Shown here in pieces: positions 1 to 7,912 of a DNA stretch of 37,918 nt. Positions within the stretch are counted from its first letter, which is position 1, and every line of letters begins with the position of its first letter. Source of the stretch: Terriglobia bacterium (GTDB lineage Bacteria; Acidobacteriota; Terriglobia; Bryobacterales; Bryobacteraceae); NCBI GenBank assembly GCA_043733425.1, contig JAYTGM010000131.1, positions 1 to 37,918 on the forward strand, given 5' to 3'. A program made the position numbers and the translations under genes. The notes beneath the pieces were generated by a model. It saw only the letters and a list, made by a program, of their open reading frames with translations. It ran no database searches and was not told the DNA's origin.

Positions 1-386
1 GCGTCGTTGGGATTTTTTCCGAGCGTAGCCTGGGCAAGAACCTGGGCTTTATCGATTGCGGCGTAGAAATCGTCGTGAATTTGTTTATCGGGGCGAAGCT
101 TTTTGCCGCTATCAGAAATGCGGCGATCGCTTTCAAAAAACTCACTTTCGAGAATGCCCAACCGGTCGAGTTCTGAAAACAGGAGAGCTGAGGCACGAAC
201 GGCGTACCCCAAAGGATCTTGCGGCTGTTCCGAGATATAGCGGCCGATTACGGTTTGCGCGCCGGAAAAATCTGAGCTGTACATCCGGTGAAAGGCTTCG
301 CCGACCAGAGGCGGACCAGTCGAAACTTCCGCGGCTCTGCCAGGCATGAGCGCCAAAGAAACGATAAGCACGCATAGTTTGAGCAC
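1..386 (-). CDS. Partial CDS (first 128 codons, runs off the left edge): hypothetical exported protein
   Basis: It is absent from the ORF track because it has no in-window stop. The reverse-strand frame from GTG (386-384) stays open to position 1. The translation MLKLCVLIVSLALMPGRAAEVSTGPPLVGEAFHRMYSSDFSGAQ... begins with a signal-peptide-like hydrophobic segment. The two listed ORFs here (56..349 + and 142..417 -) are Arg-rich shadow frames. I do not recognise a function. Confidence 0.5.
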   Translation of the reverse strand, partial: MLKLCVLIVSLALMPGRAAEVSTGPPLVGEAFHRMYSSDFSGAQTVIGRYISEQPQDPLGYAVRASALLFSELDRLGILESEFFESDRRISDSGKKLRPDKQIHDDFYAAIDKAQVLAQATLGKNPND

Positions 387-419
387 GCCTCATGCTATCA
401 GCCCTGTTCCGGCGCAAGT

Positions 420-929
420 TTACGCCAGTTGCGATTCCAGCACAATGAGGTCTCCCGAGCTGATCTCACCTTCCTGTAAAACGCGCGCATAAAAGCCGCT
501 GCTACCCCAATGAACGGCGGAAGTGTCGCCACGCTTTACGGCAGCGCTGTAGATTTCTTTCTGAATCGGATTGCCGTTACTGGCAGACCGGTAGAGATCG
601 AGCGTACGGCAGGGTACCCGCGGATTAGTGAGTTCAATGCGGGCCGAACCGACGTGAAATTGCTGGCCTCCGCGCCATTGTTTGGGATCGAGCCCGGTGG
701 TGGTCAAATTTTCCCCCAGGGCACCGGGGTAGACCGGAAACCCGAGCGCGGCCAAGTGCTGAATTGTTTCGTTTGCAATTAAGAGAACGGCTTGGGAAGG
801 GCCGCCGTGAATTCTGGGGTGAGCGAAAGAATCGCCATCGAAGCCAGTTCGGGTGAGCTTCCCGTGAAAAATGGGGCGTTTGGGCACTCCGCCGCGCGAA
901 ATATTCACCTGTAAAATTTTCCCTGACAT
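420..929 (-). CDS. MOSC domain-containing protein (YiiM-like)
   Basis: The 169-aa product carries the MOSC pattern GENLTTTGLD...G...VGSARIELTNPRVPCRTL. Confidence 0.8.
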   Translation of the reverse strand: MSGKILQVNISRGGVPKRPIFHGKLTRTGFDGDSFAHPRIHGGPSQAVLLIANETIQHLAALGFPVYPGALGENLTTTGLDPKQWRGGQQFHVGSARIELTNPRVPCRTLDLYRSASNGNPIQKEIYSAAVKRGDTSAVHWGSSGFYARVLQEGEISSGDLIVLESQLA

Positions 930-982
930 TTATGTAATTATTTTTGAGAACATTTCCGGGGCCTCACACTACGCATACATAA

Positions 983-1453
983 ATGGTAGGCACCTCCCCT
1001 ACATTGCTGTTCAGTGAGTACTTCGGAACACTGAATTTGGAAAAGGCTGCAATCTTGAGTTTCCCGCAAGGGTTGCCGGGGTTCGAAAATGAGCGCCAGT
1101 TTGCAGCCGTCCAAATCCCAGGGCAGCATCCCTTAATTTATCTTCAAAGTGTCGCAACGCCTGGTTTATGTTTGCTGACCTTTCCTGTACGGACCATCGA
1201 TTCCAATTATTGCTTTGAAATTAGCGCGGAAGAACGGGACGTACTGCAACTATCGCCTGCCAGCCTGCCGGAATGCGCGGACAACCTGCTGGCACTGGCG
1301 ATTGTTGCGGTGGAACCCGAAACGGGTGCCACGGCCAATTTGGCGGCACCCTTGATTGTGAATCTACAAAACAATTTGGCACTGCAATCCCTGCAGGCCG
1401 ATACAGCCCTCCCTTACAACCATCCCCTTACTGCGATCGCAAGCGCGTGCTGA
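983..1453 (+). CDS. fliW: Flagellar assembly factor FliW (CsrA antagonist)
   Basis: FPQGLPGFENERQF, LQSV and TANLAAPLIVN match the FliW signatures (compare B. subtilis GIPGFLEEKQF and TANLLAPIIVN). It sits directly upstream of csrA and flagellin. Confidence 0.9.
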   Translation: MVGTSPTLLFSEYFGTLNLEKAAILSFPQGLPGFENERQFAAVQIPGQHPLIYLQSVATPGLCLLTFPVRTIDSNYCFEISAEERDVLQLSPASLPECADNLLALAIVAVEPETGATANLAAPLIVNLQNNLALQSLQADTALPYNHPLTAIASAC

Positions 1454-1761
1454 TTCTTAGAAGGCGCGCGGGAGAAGCAATCTCGATCGGAAACGGTGTT
1501 GAAATCGAGATTCTAGAAATTGGGCCGTCAAAGGTGAAGATCGGTATTCACGCGCCCGCCGAAATTTCCGTGCAGCGCAAAGAGATGGTGCGGGTGAGCG
1601 AACAGAACCGAACTGCCGCTATGATCTCGTTCGAAAGCCGAAAGGCACTGGTGGAAAATTTATCCCATCTTTTTTCTAAAACTCCGTCTGAACCCGCCGA
1701 TAAGTCTTTTGAGGCTAGATACTCCGGGCATCCTGAAAAGGAGAACCTGGAACCGGCATGA
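1447..1761 (+). CDS. csrA: Carbon storage regulator CsrA, flagellar type, with a long C-terminal extension
   Basis: The GTG at 1447 overlaps the fliW stop (GTGCTGA). The product MLILRRRAGEAISIGNGVEIEILEIGPSKVKIGIHAPAEISVQRKEM matches the CsrA core (MLxLxRKxxExIxIG...VxxGIxAPxxxxxxRxE). It is 104 aa, against about 60-75 aa for typical CsrA. The track ORF 1273..1761 is the same frame extended upstream. Confidence 0.9.
   Translation: MLILRRRAGEAISIGNGVEIEILEIGPSKVKIGIHAPAEISVQRKEMVRVSEQNRTAAMISFESRKALVENLSHLFSKTPSEPADKSFEARYSGHPEKENLEPA
1677..1703 (+). promoter_or_regulatory. Sigma-28 (FliA) promoter for the flagellin gene
   Basis: TAAA (1677-1680), a 15-nt spacer, then GCCGATAA (1696-1703) is an exact match to the TAAA-N15-GCCGATAA consensus. 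It lies 92 nt upstream of the flagellin ATG and inside the csrA ORF. Confidence 0.75.
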
Positions 1762-1794
1762 CGCCGGGCTGTATCCCACAACAGGACGTTCACA
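1711..1794 (+). promoter_or_regulatory. Predicted flagellin 5' leader with candidate CsrA-binding GGA motifs
   Basis: GGA motifs occur at 1740-1742 (AAGGAG), 1749-1751 (TGGAA) and 1784-1786 (ACAGGACG). The last is the only SD-like element and sits 8 nt before the ATG. The call is by analogy with CsrA control of hag in B. subtilis; binding is not shown. Confidence 0.4.
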
Positions 1795-3279
1795 ATGTCA
1801 ATTTCAATTCAGACCAACGTAACTTCACTCATCGCGCAAAACAACTTGCGCATCAACACGGATTTTCAGAGCCAGACCATTCAGCGATTGACCTCCGGTT
1901 ACCGGATCAACTCGTCAGGCGATGACGCCGCGGGACTCGCGGTCGCCAACAAATACCGCAGCGACACCGCGGAGCTGACGCAGGGCGTCCGCAATGCGAA
2001 CGATTCGATCGGCGCGTTGCAGACCATCGACGGCGGATTGACTAATATCTCTCAGATTACCGACCGTTTGAAGACTCTGGCAGTCCAATCGGCGTCTTCC
2101 GCCTTTGCCGGAAGCCGTAGCACACTGGACAATGAGTACCAGAGTTTGATCTCGGAAATTTCACGGCAGGCTTCGAACATCAACCTAAATTCCGGCGGCA
2201 AGTTCAACACTAACCTGGTCACCTATATCGGCGGCGGCAGCAATGCGGCCAACTCGCAGGTATCGCTGGATTTAAGCGGTGCAAACAACGCGGTGGACGC
2301 GGCGAGCCTTGGCGTGAACACCACCAGCATTGCCGGCGGCGGCTCTGGGCTGGCGACCAATGTGGTTCGGCTGGACGATCCCGCGGTATCTTTCCTGGCG
2401 GGCGGTTCGCAAAACTATAACCTTCACCTTACCAATTCCAACGGCAGCAATCTGGATGTTACGGCCAATGTGGCGGGCGGTTCTGCCGGCTTAAGTGGAA
2501 CACAGGTAATTTCGTCGCTCAACAACACCTTGCAGGCTTATGGCATTACAGCGAGCATCGGCAGCAACGGTCAGATCAGCTTCGGCGGCGCGACCGCTTT
2601 TGACGTGTCAGCGGCGGCCGCGTCGGCCGGCAATACGACGGCGACCACGAGTGCAAGCACCATCAACACGGGTAATTTCAACCTGAACTCTACGTTTGCC
2701 GCGGTAGTGGGCACCACGGAAGCTTTCACGGTGCAGAACGCAGGCAAATCCTACAATTTGACTTTGGATTCCACCACCGGCGCAACCCAGACTTCGGCGC
2801 TGACGGCGATCAACACGCAGCTTGCGGGATCTGGCATTAACGCGATCAAGGGACTGACTGGTAACGACATTCAATTCCAAAGCTCGAACACCTTCAGTGT
2901 GGTGGAAACCGCTGTGGCCGGCACCTCGGGCGGCGCTTTCTCCGCTTTGGGTTCGCAAGCGGTGACGGCAGCTTCGGCAGCCGCATCCAGCACGGGCAAT
3001 GCCCTGGCTGCTCTTACTACGCTCAACACCGCGATTCAAAGTCTTGGGCTCATCCAGGGTCGAGTCGGCGCGGGCGAAAACAAACTGGCTTATGCGGTGA
3101 ATCTGGCGCAGACGCAAATCACCAACTTCTCCGCTGCGCAATCGCGTATTCGGGATACGGACACCGCCGCGGAAGCAGCCAATCTGACGAAAGCACAGGT
3201 GTTACAGCAGTCATCCATTGCGGCACTCGCTCAGGCGAACTCGGCTCCTCAGGCAATTCTTAGCCTGCTGAAAGGATAG
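1795..3279 (+). CDS. fliC: Flagellin
   Basis: The conserved N-terminus is NTDFQSQTIQRLTSGYRINSSGDDAAGLAV. The C-terminus is RIRDTDTAAEAANLTKAQVLQQSSIAALAQANSAPQAILSLL. The Ser/Thr/Asn/Gly/Ala-rich centre holds two flagellin IN-type motifs. Confidence 0.95.
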   Translation: MSISIQTNVTSLIAQNNLRINTDFQSQTIQRLTSGYRINSSGDDAAGLAVANKYRSDTAELTQGVRNANDSIGALQTIDGGLTNISQITDRLKTLAVQSASSAFAGSRSTLDNEYQSLISEISRQASNINLNSGGKFNTNLVTYIGGGSNAANSQVSLDLSGANNAVDAASLGVNTTSIAGGGSGLATNVVRLDDPAVSFLAGGSQNYNLHLTNSNGSNLDVTANVAGGSAGLSGTQVISSLNNTLQAYGITASIGSNGQISFGGATAFDVSAAAASAGNTTATTSASTINTGNFNLNSTFAAVVGTTEAFTVQNAGKSYNLTLDSTTGATQTSALTAINTQLAGSGINAIKGLTGNDIQFQSSNTFSVVETAVAGTSGGAFSALGSQAVTAASAAASSTGNALAALTTLNTAIQSLGLIQGRVGAGENKLAYAVNLAQTQITNFSAAQSRIRDTDTAAEAANLTKAQVLQQSSIAALAQANSAPQAILSLLKG

Positions 3280-3299
3280 GCAGTAACTAAACGGTAAAG

Positions 3300-3343
3300 A
3301 GCAGGCATCCGGTGTTCACGCGCGGGGTGCCTGCTTCATTTTT
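3300..3343 (+). terminator. Rho-independent terminator after the flagellin gene
   Basis: Stem AGCAGGCAtCC (3300-3310) pairs with GGgTGCCTGCT (3325-3335). It is followed by TCATTTTT, with the T-run at 3339-3343. Confidence 0.8.
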
Positions 3344-3370
3344 GTCGCAAACATTTAGCGGGCCAATCAA

Positions 3371-4729
3371 ATGAGCACAAGTAGCAACGCGATCTTTACG
3401 GGCACCAGCCGGTTCAGCAATGATTTCCAGCAGGTAATCAATCGTTCGGTGGCGATTGCCTCGTTGCCTATCTCACAGTTGACTAACCGCAAAAATGCGC
3501 TTGCGGACCAATCGGGCGCGGTTGCTTCATTACAAACTAAATTCTCATCGTTACAAACTGCTCTCCAGAATATTGGCAACTCCACGGGGCTAAGTTCGCT
3601 CACTGCAGCTGTGTCAGATGCTGGAATTGCCCGGGTGTCGCTCGGAACCGGAGCAACACCGGCTTCGTACTCACTTGAAGTGGTGAGCCTGGGGAACGCG
3701 ACGAATGCTTCGAGCGCGGGAACGCTTGCCCGTGTATCCGATCCGGCGACGCAGAACATCAGCGCCGCTTCCTCGTTTAACTTGCAGATTAACGGAGTGG
3801 CAACAACCATTACACCTGCGGCGAATACGCTGAATTCTCTGGTTGCCGCCCTGAATATCACGCCCGGGCTTAACGTTCAGGCTTCGCTGGTGAATATCGG
3901 CTCCACGGTTGCCCCGGATTACAGGCTCAGTATTCAAAGCACCAATCTGAACGCGGACACACTGCAACTGAATGACGGCACCACGGATTTATTGAACACC
4001 ACCACCACGGGAACGGCGGCTACATACAAGGTGAATGGATTGCCCACTCCGATCGCATCCAATTCACGCACCATCACGCTGGCACCTGGGGTGACCGCGG
4101 AACTGCTGGCACCAAGCACAACCGGAGTTGCTTCCAACATCACGGTAACCCGACAAGCTTTCTTGATCGGGAGCGCCCTTAGCGCGCTGGTAAACTCATT
4201 CAATTCGGCGGCCGATGAACTCGCCAAAAACCGCGGTAAGGGCGGTGGGGCGCTCACGGGCAACAGCTTGATTTTGGAACTCGGAAACAAACTTCGATCG
4301 CTGAGCGCATATTCAGGGACCGGTACCATTCCTTCTTTGACAAGTCTTGGCATTACCTTTGACGGCAAGGGACACCTGTCCTACGATTCAACGGTATTCA
4401 ACGCCGCCGCAGCCAGCAACTTGAACGCGGTTTCTGCATTTCTGGGAAGTACGGCAACAGGTGGATTTTTAAAATCCGCCTTCGACGTGCTTACTTCCAT
4501 AGGAGATGCGACTAACGGCGCCCTCACGAAAGCGGGGAGCGCGCTTCAGGAACAGGCGATCGCACAGCAGGCGCGCATTGACGCCAGCCAGGCCCGAGTG
4601 GATCAACTTAGAACGAATTTGCAGGCCCAACTGGCACGAGCCGACGCTCAAGTTGCCGCGCTTGAGCAGAGCTATAACGTACTGAGCGGGCTGTTCCTGG
4701 CTCAGCAGACAAGCAATCAAAACAAGTGA
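3371..4729 (+). CDS. fliD: Flagellar filament cap protein FliD
   Basis: N-terminal FTGTSRFSNDFQQVINRSVAIASLPISQL, a coiled-coil C-terminus (QARIDASQARVDQLRTNLQAQLARADA) and the position after flagellin support the call. Confidence 0.9.
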   Translation: MSTSSNAIFTGTSRFSNDFQQVINRSVAIASLPISQLTNRKNALADQSGAVASLQTKFSSLQTALQNIGNSTGLSSLTAAVSDAGIARVSLGTGATPASYSLEVVSLGNATNASSAGTLARVSDPATQNISAASSFNLQINGVATTITPAANTLNSLVAALNITPGLNVQASLVNIGSTVAPDYRLSIQSTNLNADTLQLNDGTTDLLNTTTTGTAATYKVNGLPTPIASNSRTITLAPGVTAELLAPSTTGVASNITVTRQAFLIGSALSALVNSFNSAADELAKNRGKGGGALTGNSLILELGNKLRSLSAYSGTGTIPSLTSLGITFDGKGHLSYDSTVFNAAAASNLNAVSAFLGSTATGGFLKSAFDVLTSIGDATNGALTKAGSALQEQAIAQQARIDASQARVDQLRTNLQAQLARADAQVAALEQSYNVLSGLFLAQQTSNQNK

Positions 4730-5001
4730 CGCTTACGGACGCAGCGCTGAATGTTCTTTCCGCTTCGCAATCGGGTTCTCTCGATCGTGCGGAAGTGTGT
4801 TTGCTTCAAATGAACAGTATGGTGGCCACGGTTCAGGAAGAACGAGAGATCGTTTCCGTTTTGGCGATACTTCAGCAGGCGCGCGCGGCCATGCTTGCGC
4901 ATCGGGCCGACATTGCAGAGAGTTTGCAGAATCTGGAAAACTCATCCCTCTATCGCTCCGGTTCGGAACTTCCCGCTGCTTCCTGGGAAATCGCAGGGTA
5001 A
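4726..5001 (+). CDS. Hypothetical 91-aa helical protein at the fliS/fliT position
   Basis: Its GTG start overlaps the fliD stop (GTGA). The composition looks helical, but I recognise no FliS signature. Any chaperone role is inferred from position only. Confidence 0.5.
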   Translation: MTLTDAALNVLSASQSGSLDRAEVCLLQMNSMVATVQEEREIVSVLAILQQARAAMLAHRADIAESLQNLENSSLYRSGSELPAASWEIAG

Positions 5002-5102
5002 ATAACAAGACCAATTTTTGCCGCAGCCAGAATTCTGTCGGCAATAGGAATCCGTAAGCATAAGATTCTATTGCAAAACTGTACGGTCAAAGACATGCAC
5101 TC

Positions 5103-5450
5103 ATGCAGTACATGTTTGACCGGCTAGGCGGCAGCCTGGAACGCTACATGGATCTGTTGAGTGTGCGCCAGAATCTGGTGGCCTCAAATATCGCGAACTC
5201 CGATACTCCGGGCTTCCACACCCGCGATATTGATTTCCAAGCGGAGTTTCAAGGCGCTCTCGACTCTCACCTCCCCCACGCCGAGGAAGTTCTCGGCCTG
5301 AAGACAAAAAACGACGGTAATAACGTAAGCATCGATCGCGAAGCACGGCTTCTTTCGGAGAATGCTCTGCGTTTCAACCTCGCCGCTCAATTGATGAAGG
5401 GCCAGGTACGCAATATTCGTAACGCAATCCAGGAAGGAAAGTCAGGATGA
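5103..5450 (+). CDS. flgB: Flagellar basal-body rod protein FlgB
   Basis: VRQNLVASNIANSDTPGF is the rod-protein N-terminal motif. An alternative ATG lies at 5112. Confidence 0.9.
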   Translation: MQYMFDRLGGSLERYMDLLSVRQNLVASNIANSDTPGFHTRDIDFQAEFQGALDSHLPHAEEVLGLKTKNDGNNVSIDREARLLSENALRFNLAAQLMKGQVRNIRNAIQEGKSG

Positions 5451-5884
5451 GCCTGTTTTCGGCAATTTCGGTGAGTGCTTCAGGGATGGAAGCGCAGCGC
5501 ACCCGCGCGGAACTGCTGGTGGAAAACCTGGCAAACGCCGAGACGACCCGCACGGCGGAAGGCGGCCCATACCGCCGCAAGGACGCGATCTTCGAGACGC
5601 GGGCCCCGGAGATGCCCTTCCATTCTGTTTTCGCTGCTCAGTTGGAGCAGCAGAATCAGGGCGTGGCCGTTTCCGAAATCACGGTGGATACCCGCGAGCC
5701 GGAAAAGCGCTACCAGCCAGGGCATCCCGATGCGGACGTGGACGGCTACGTTGCCATGCCGCGGATTAATCCCGCGGAAGACATGGTGGATCTGATTGGA
5801 TCTTCACGAACCTATCAAGCCAACGTCGCTGCTATTTCCGCCGTGAAGGACATGATCCAGCGGTCGATCGACCTCTTCCGGTAG
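5447..5884 (+). CDS. flgC: Flagellar basal-body rod protein FlgC
   Basis: SASGMEAQRTRAELLVENLANAETTRT and the C-terminal SRTYQANVAAISAVKDM match FlgC. It has an ATGA overlap with flgB. Confidence 0.95.
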   Translation: MSLFSAISVSASGMEAQRTRAELLVENLANAETTRTAEGGPYRRKDAIFETRAPEMPFHSVFAAQLEQQNQGVAVSEITVDTREPEKRYQPGHPDADVDGYVAMPRINPAEDMVDLIGSSRTYQANVAAISAVKDMIQRSIDLFR

Positions 5885-5887
5885 TCT

Positions 5888-6190
5888 ATGATCGCTCCCA
5901 TTTCCAACCACATTGCACTTCCCGCGTTAACGCCCGCGGCACCGGTGGCCTCCGTAACCGGCGCCTCCGGTCAGGATTTCCAGAATATTCTGGCAAATTC
6001 CATTTCCGGCGTGGAACAGAAGCAGAACGATGCCCAGGCAGCGGTGAACCGCTTTCTCACGGGCGAGACGGAAGAACTGCACACAGCGGCGCTGGCGGGG
6101 CAACGGGCCGACCTGTCGCTTGAATTATTTCTTCAGGTGAGAAATAAAGTGGTGCAGGCGTACCAGGAAGTAATGCGGATGCAGATGTAA
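5888..6190 (+). CDS. fliE: Flagellar hook-basal body complex protein FliE
   Basis: The 100-aa product has the C-terminal ELHTAALAGQRADLSLELFLQVRNKVVQAYQEVMRMQM typical of FliE. Confidence 0.9.
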   Translation: MIAPISNHIALPALTPAAPVASVTGASGQDFQNILANSISGVEQKQNDAQAAVNRFLTGETEELHTAALAGQRADLSLELFLQVRNKVVQAYQEVMRMQM

Positions 6191-7912
6191 ATGGGAGCGG
6201 TTGCGCAAGTTCGCCAACTCATCTCCGCCTTGTCCATCAGGCAGCGGATTGCCATTGTGTGCGCTGCGTTGCTTGCGGTCGGGGCGATGCTTTCGTTATC
6301 TCACTGGTCGAAAGAATCGGATTTCAAACCCCTCTATAGCAATCTGGCCGCGGAAGATGCGGGCGCGGTGGTGCAGAAGCTAAAAGAATCCGGCACGGAT
6401 TTCCGGCTCTCAGAGAACGGTACCACCGTGCTTGCGCCATCGGCGCGCGTGGCGGAACTGCGGCTGGAACTAGCGTCAGCGGGATTGCCGAAGAGCGGCA
6501 GAATCGGTTTTGAATTATTCGATAAGACCAACTTCGGTGCCACTGAATTTGCAGAGCACGTGAATTATCGCCGCGCTCTGGAAGGCGAACTGGAGCGATC
6601 CATCATGTCGCTCTCCTCAGTGGAACAGGCACGCGTTCACCTCACGTTTCCAAAAGATTCTGTATTTTTGGAATCGCGGCAATCCGGAAAGGCGAGCGCG
6701 ATTCTGCGGCTTCGTCCGGGCGCGAAACTTCTACCCCAAAATGTTTCCGCGCTCACCAATATGATCGCCAGCGCGGTTGAAGGTCTGACGCCGGAAGCTG
6801 TGACCCTTCTTGATACGCGCGGCAACTTGCTTAGCCTGCCGAAGAGGGCAGGGATGGAGCCCGATTCGCTTCAGCCGTCTGACGCCACAATCGAATTCAA
6901 GCAGAAGCTGGAGAACAATCTGCTGGCCAAAGTGAATGCCACGCTTGAACCTTTGCTGGGGGCGGGCCGCTACCGTACTGGTGTTTCCGTCGATTGCGAC
7001 TTTACGAGTGGGGAGCAGAGCGAGGAAACGCTCGATCCGAATAAGTCGGTGATGATCACCTCGCAGAAGACGGAAGATGCCACCTCTTCGGCGGGCAGTT
7101 CCGGTGCGCCGGGTACTGCTTCGAATTTGCCCCGTCCACCGGGCCGCACAGGGTACGGCTCCGGTGGCGTTTCCAGGAAAACCGAGAACATTACGTTTCA
7201 AACCAGCCGCGTAGTGCGCCACATGCGGCTGCCCCAAGGGACCGTCAAGCGCATCTCACTTTCCGTATTGGTGGATCACGAACTGAAGTGGGAAGGGGCG
7301 GGCAAAAAGCTGAAGCGAACGCTGGTGCCGCCCACGCCGGAGAAGTTGAAAATCATTCGCGATCTGGTGAGCGGAATTGCGGGCCTGAGCACGGAGCGGG
7401 GAGATCTTCTGGTTGTGGAAACGCTTCCGTTTGAATCGACATTAAGCGCGGAATCCCCTTCGGAAATGGGCCCGAATACTCCCGTGACTGACCCGCGGGT
7501 TCCGAAATGGCTGGCACCTGTACTGGCTGATGGCAAGAGCTTTCTGATCGCGGCGGTGGTCGGCGCGGTTTTGGTGGTTATCCTCTTGGGCCTTGCGTTT
7601 TTGCTGTTGAAGAAAAAGAAGAAGCCATCGGTGACAACGCAGACGGCATTACCGGGACAAGCGGAAGGGGCAGGAACCGCGATGGTCAGCGAAGCGGCAC
7701 AACATGAGGCAGACCGGTTGCTGGCGCGGGAAGCCGCCCAGCGGAAGTTGGATGAAGAGATCGCGAATCAGCTAAAACTCCCCAACCTCACCACGAAAAA
7801 GGCTGAAATTCTGATTGCTCATCTTCAGGAATCGGTCAAACAAGACAGCGTAGGCGGCACCAACATTTTGAAAACATGGCTTGCTGAAAAGCAAGGGGCG
7901 GAAGTGGTGTGA
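6191..7912 (+). CDS. fliF: Flagellar MS-ring protein FliF
   Basis: The 573-aa product has an N-terminal TM segment, the motifs PLYSNLAAEDAGAVVQKL and ELFDKTNFGATEFAEHVNYRRALEGEL, and a C-terminal TM segment. Confidence 0.95.
   Translation: MGAVAQVRQLISALSIRQRIAIVCAALLAVGAMLSLSHWSKESDFKPLYSNLAAEDAGAVVQKLKESGTDFRLSENGTTVLAPSARVAELRLELASAGLPKSGRIGFELFDKTNFGATEFAEHVNYRRALEGELERSIMSLSSVEQARVHLTFPKDSVFLESRQSGKASAILRLRPGAKLLPQNVSALTNMIASAVEGLTPEAVTLLDTRGNLLSLPKRAGMEPDSLQPSDATIEFKQKLENNLLAKVNATLEPLLGAGRYRTGVSVDCDFTSGEQSEETLDPNKSVMITSQKTEDATSSAGSSGAPGTASNLPRPPGRTGYGSGGVSRKTENITFQTSRVVRHMRLPQGTVKRISLSVLVDHELKWEGAGKKLKRTLVPPTPEKLKIIRDLVSGIAGLSTERGDLLVVETLPFESTLSAESPSEMGPNTPVTDPRVPKWLAPVLADGKSFLIAAVVGAVLVVILLGLAFLLLKKKKKPSVTTQTALPGQAEGAGTAMVSEAAQHEADRLLAREAAQRKLDEEIANQLKLPNLTTKKAEILIAHLQESVKQDSVGGTNILKTWLAEKQGAEVV

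Noticed and set aside
56-417. Track ORFs 56..349 (+) and 142..417 (-) at the left edge
   Set aside because: Both are Arg-rich with poor protein-like composition. A third reverse-strand frame is open all the way to the window edge and has a signal-peptide-like start, so it explains the region better.
1290-1306. TGGCAC-N5-ATTGT, a sigma-54-like motif inside fliW
   Set aside because: The -12 element reads TG where the invariant GC dinucleotide is expected (TTGT, not TTGC). The motif also lies within a coding region about 150 nt before csrA, which is already coupled to fliW.
2608-3141. Long antisense or alternate-frame ORFs inside known genes, for example 2608..3141 (-), 6731..7237 (-), 8395..8925 (-), 9320..9883 (-), 17468..17986 (-), 19665..20513 (-), 25057..25650 (-) and 26502..26948 (-)
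   Set aside because: These are typical shadow ORFs of a GC-rich genome. They have Arg/Pro/Gly-rich low-complexity translations, and each overlaps a gene with clear family motifs on the other strand or in another frame.
5047-5060. GG-N9-GC (AGGAATCCGTAAGCA) upstream of flgB as a sigma-54 promoter
   Set aside because: The spacing is one nucleotide short of the strict GG-N10-GC. The flanking bases also do not match TGGCAC/TTGCA.
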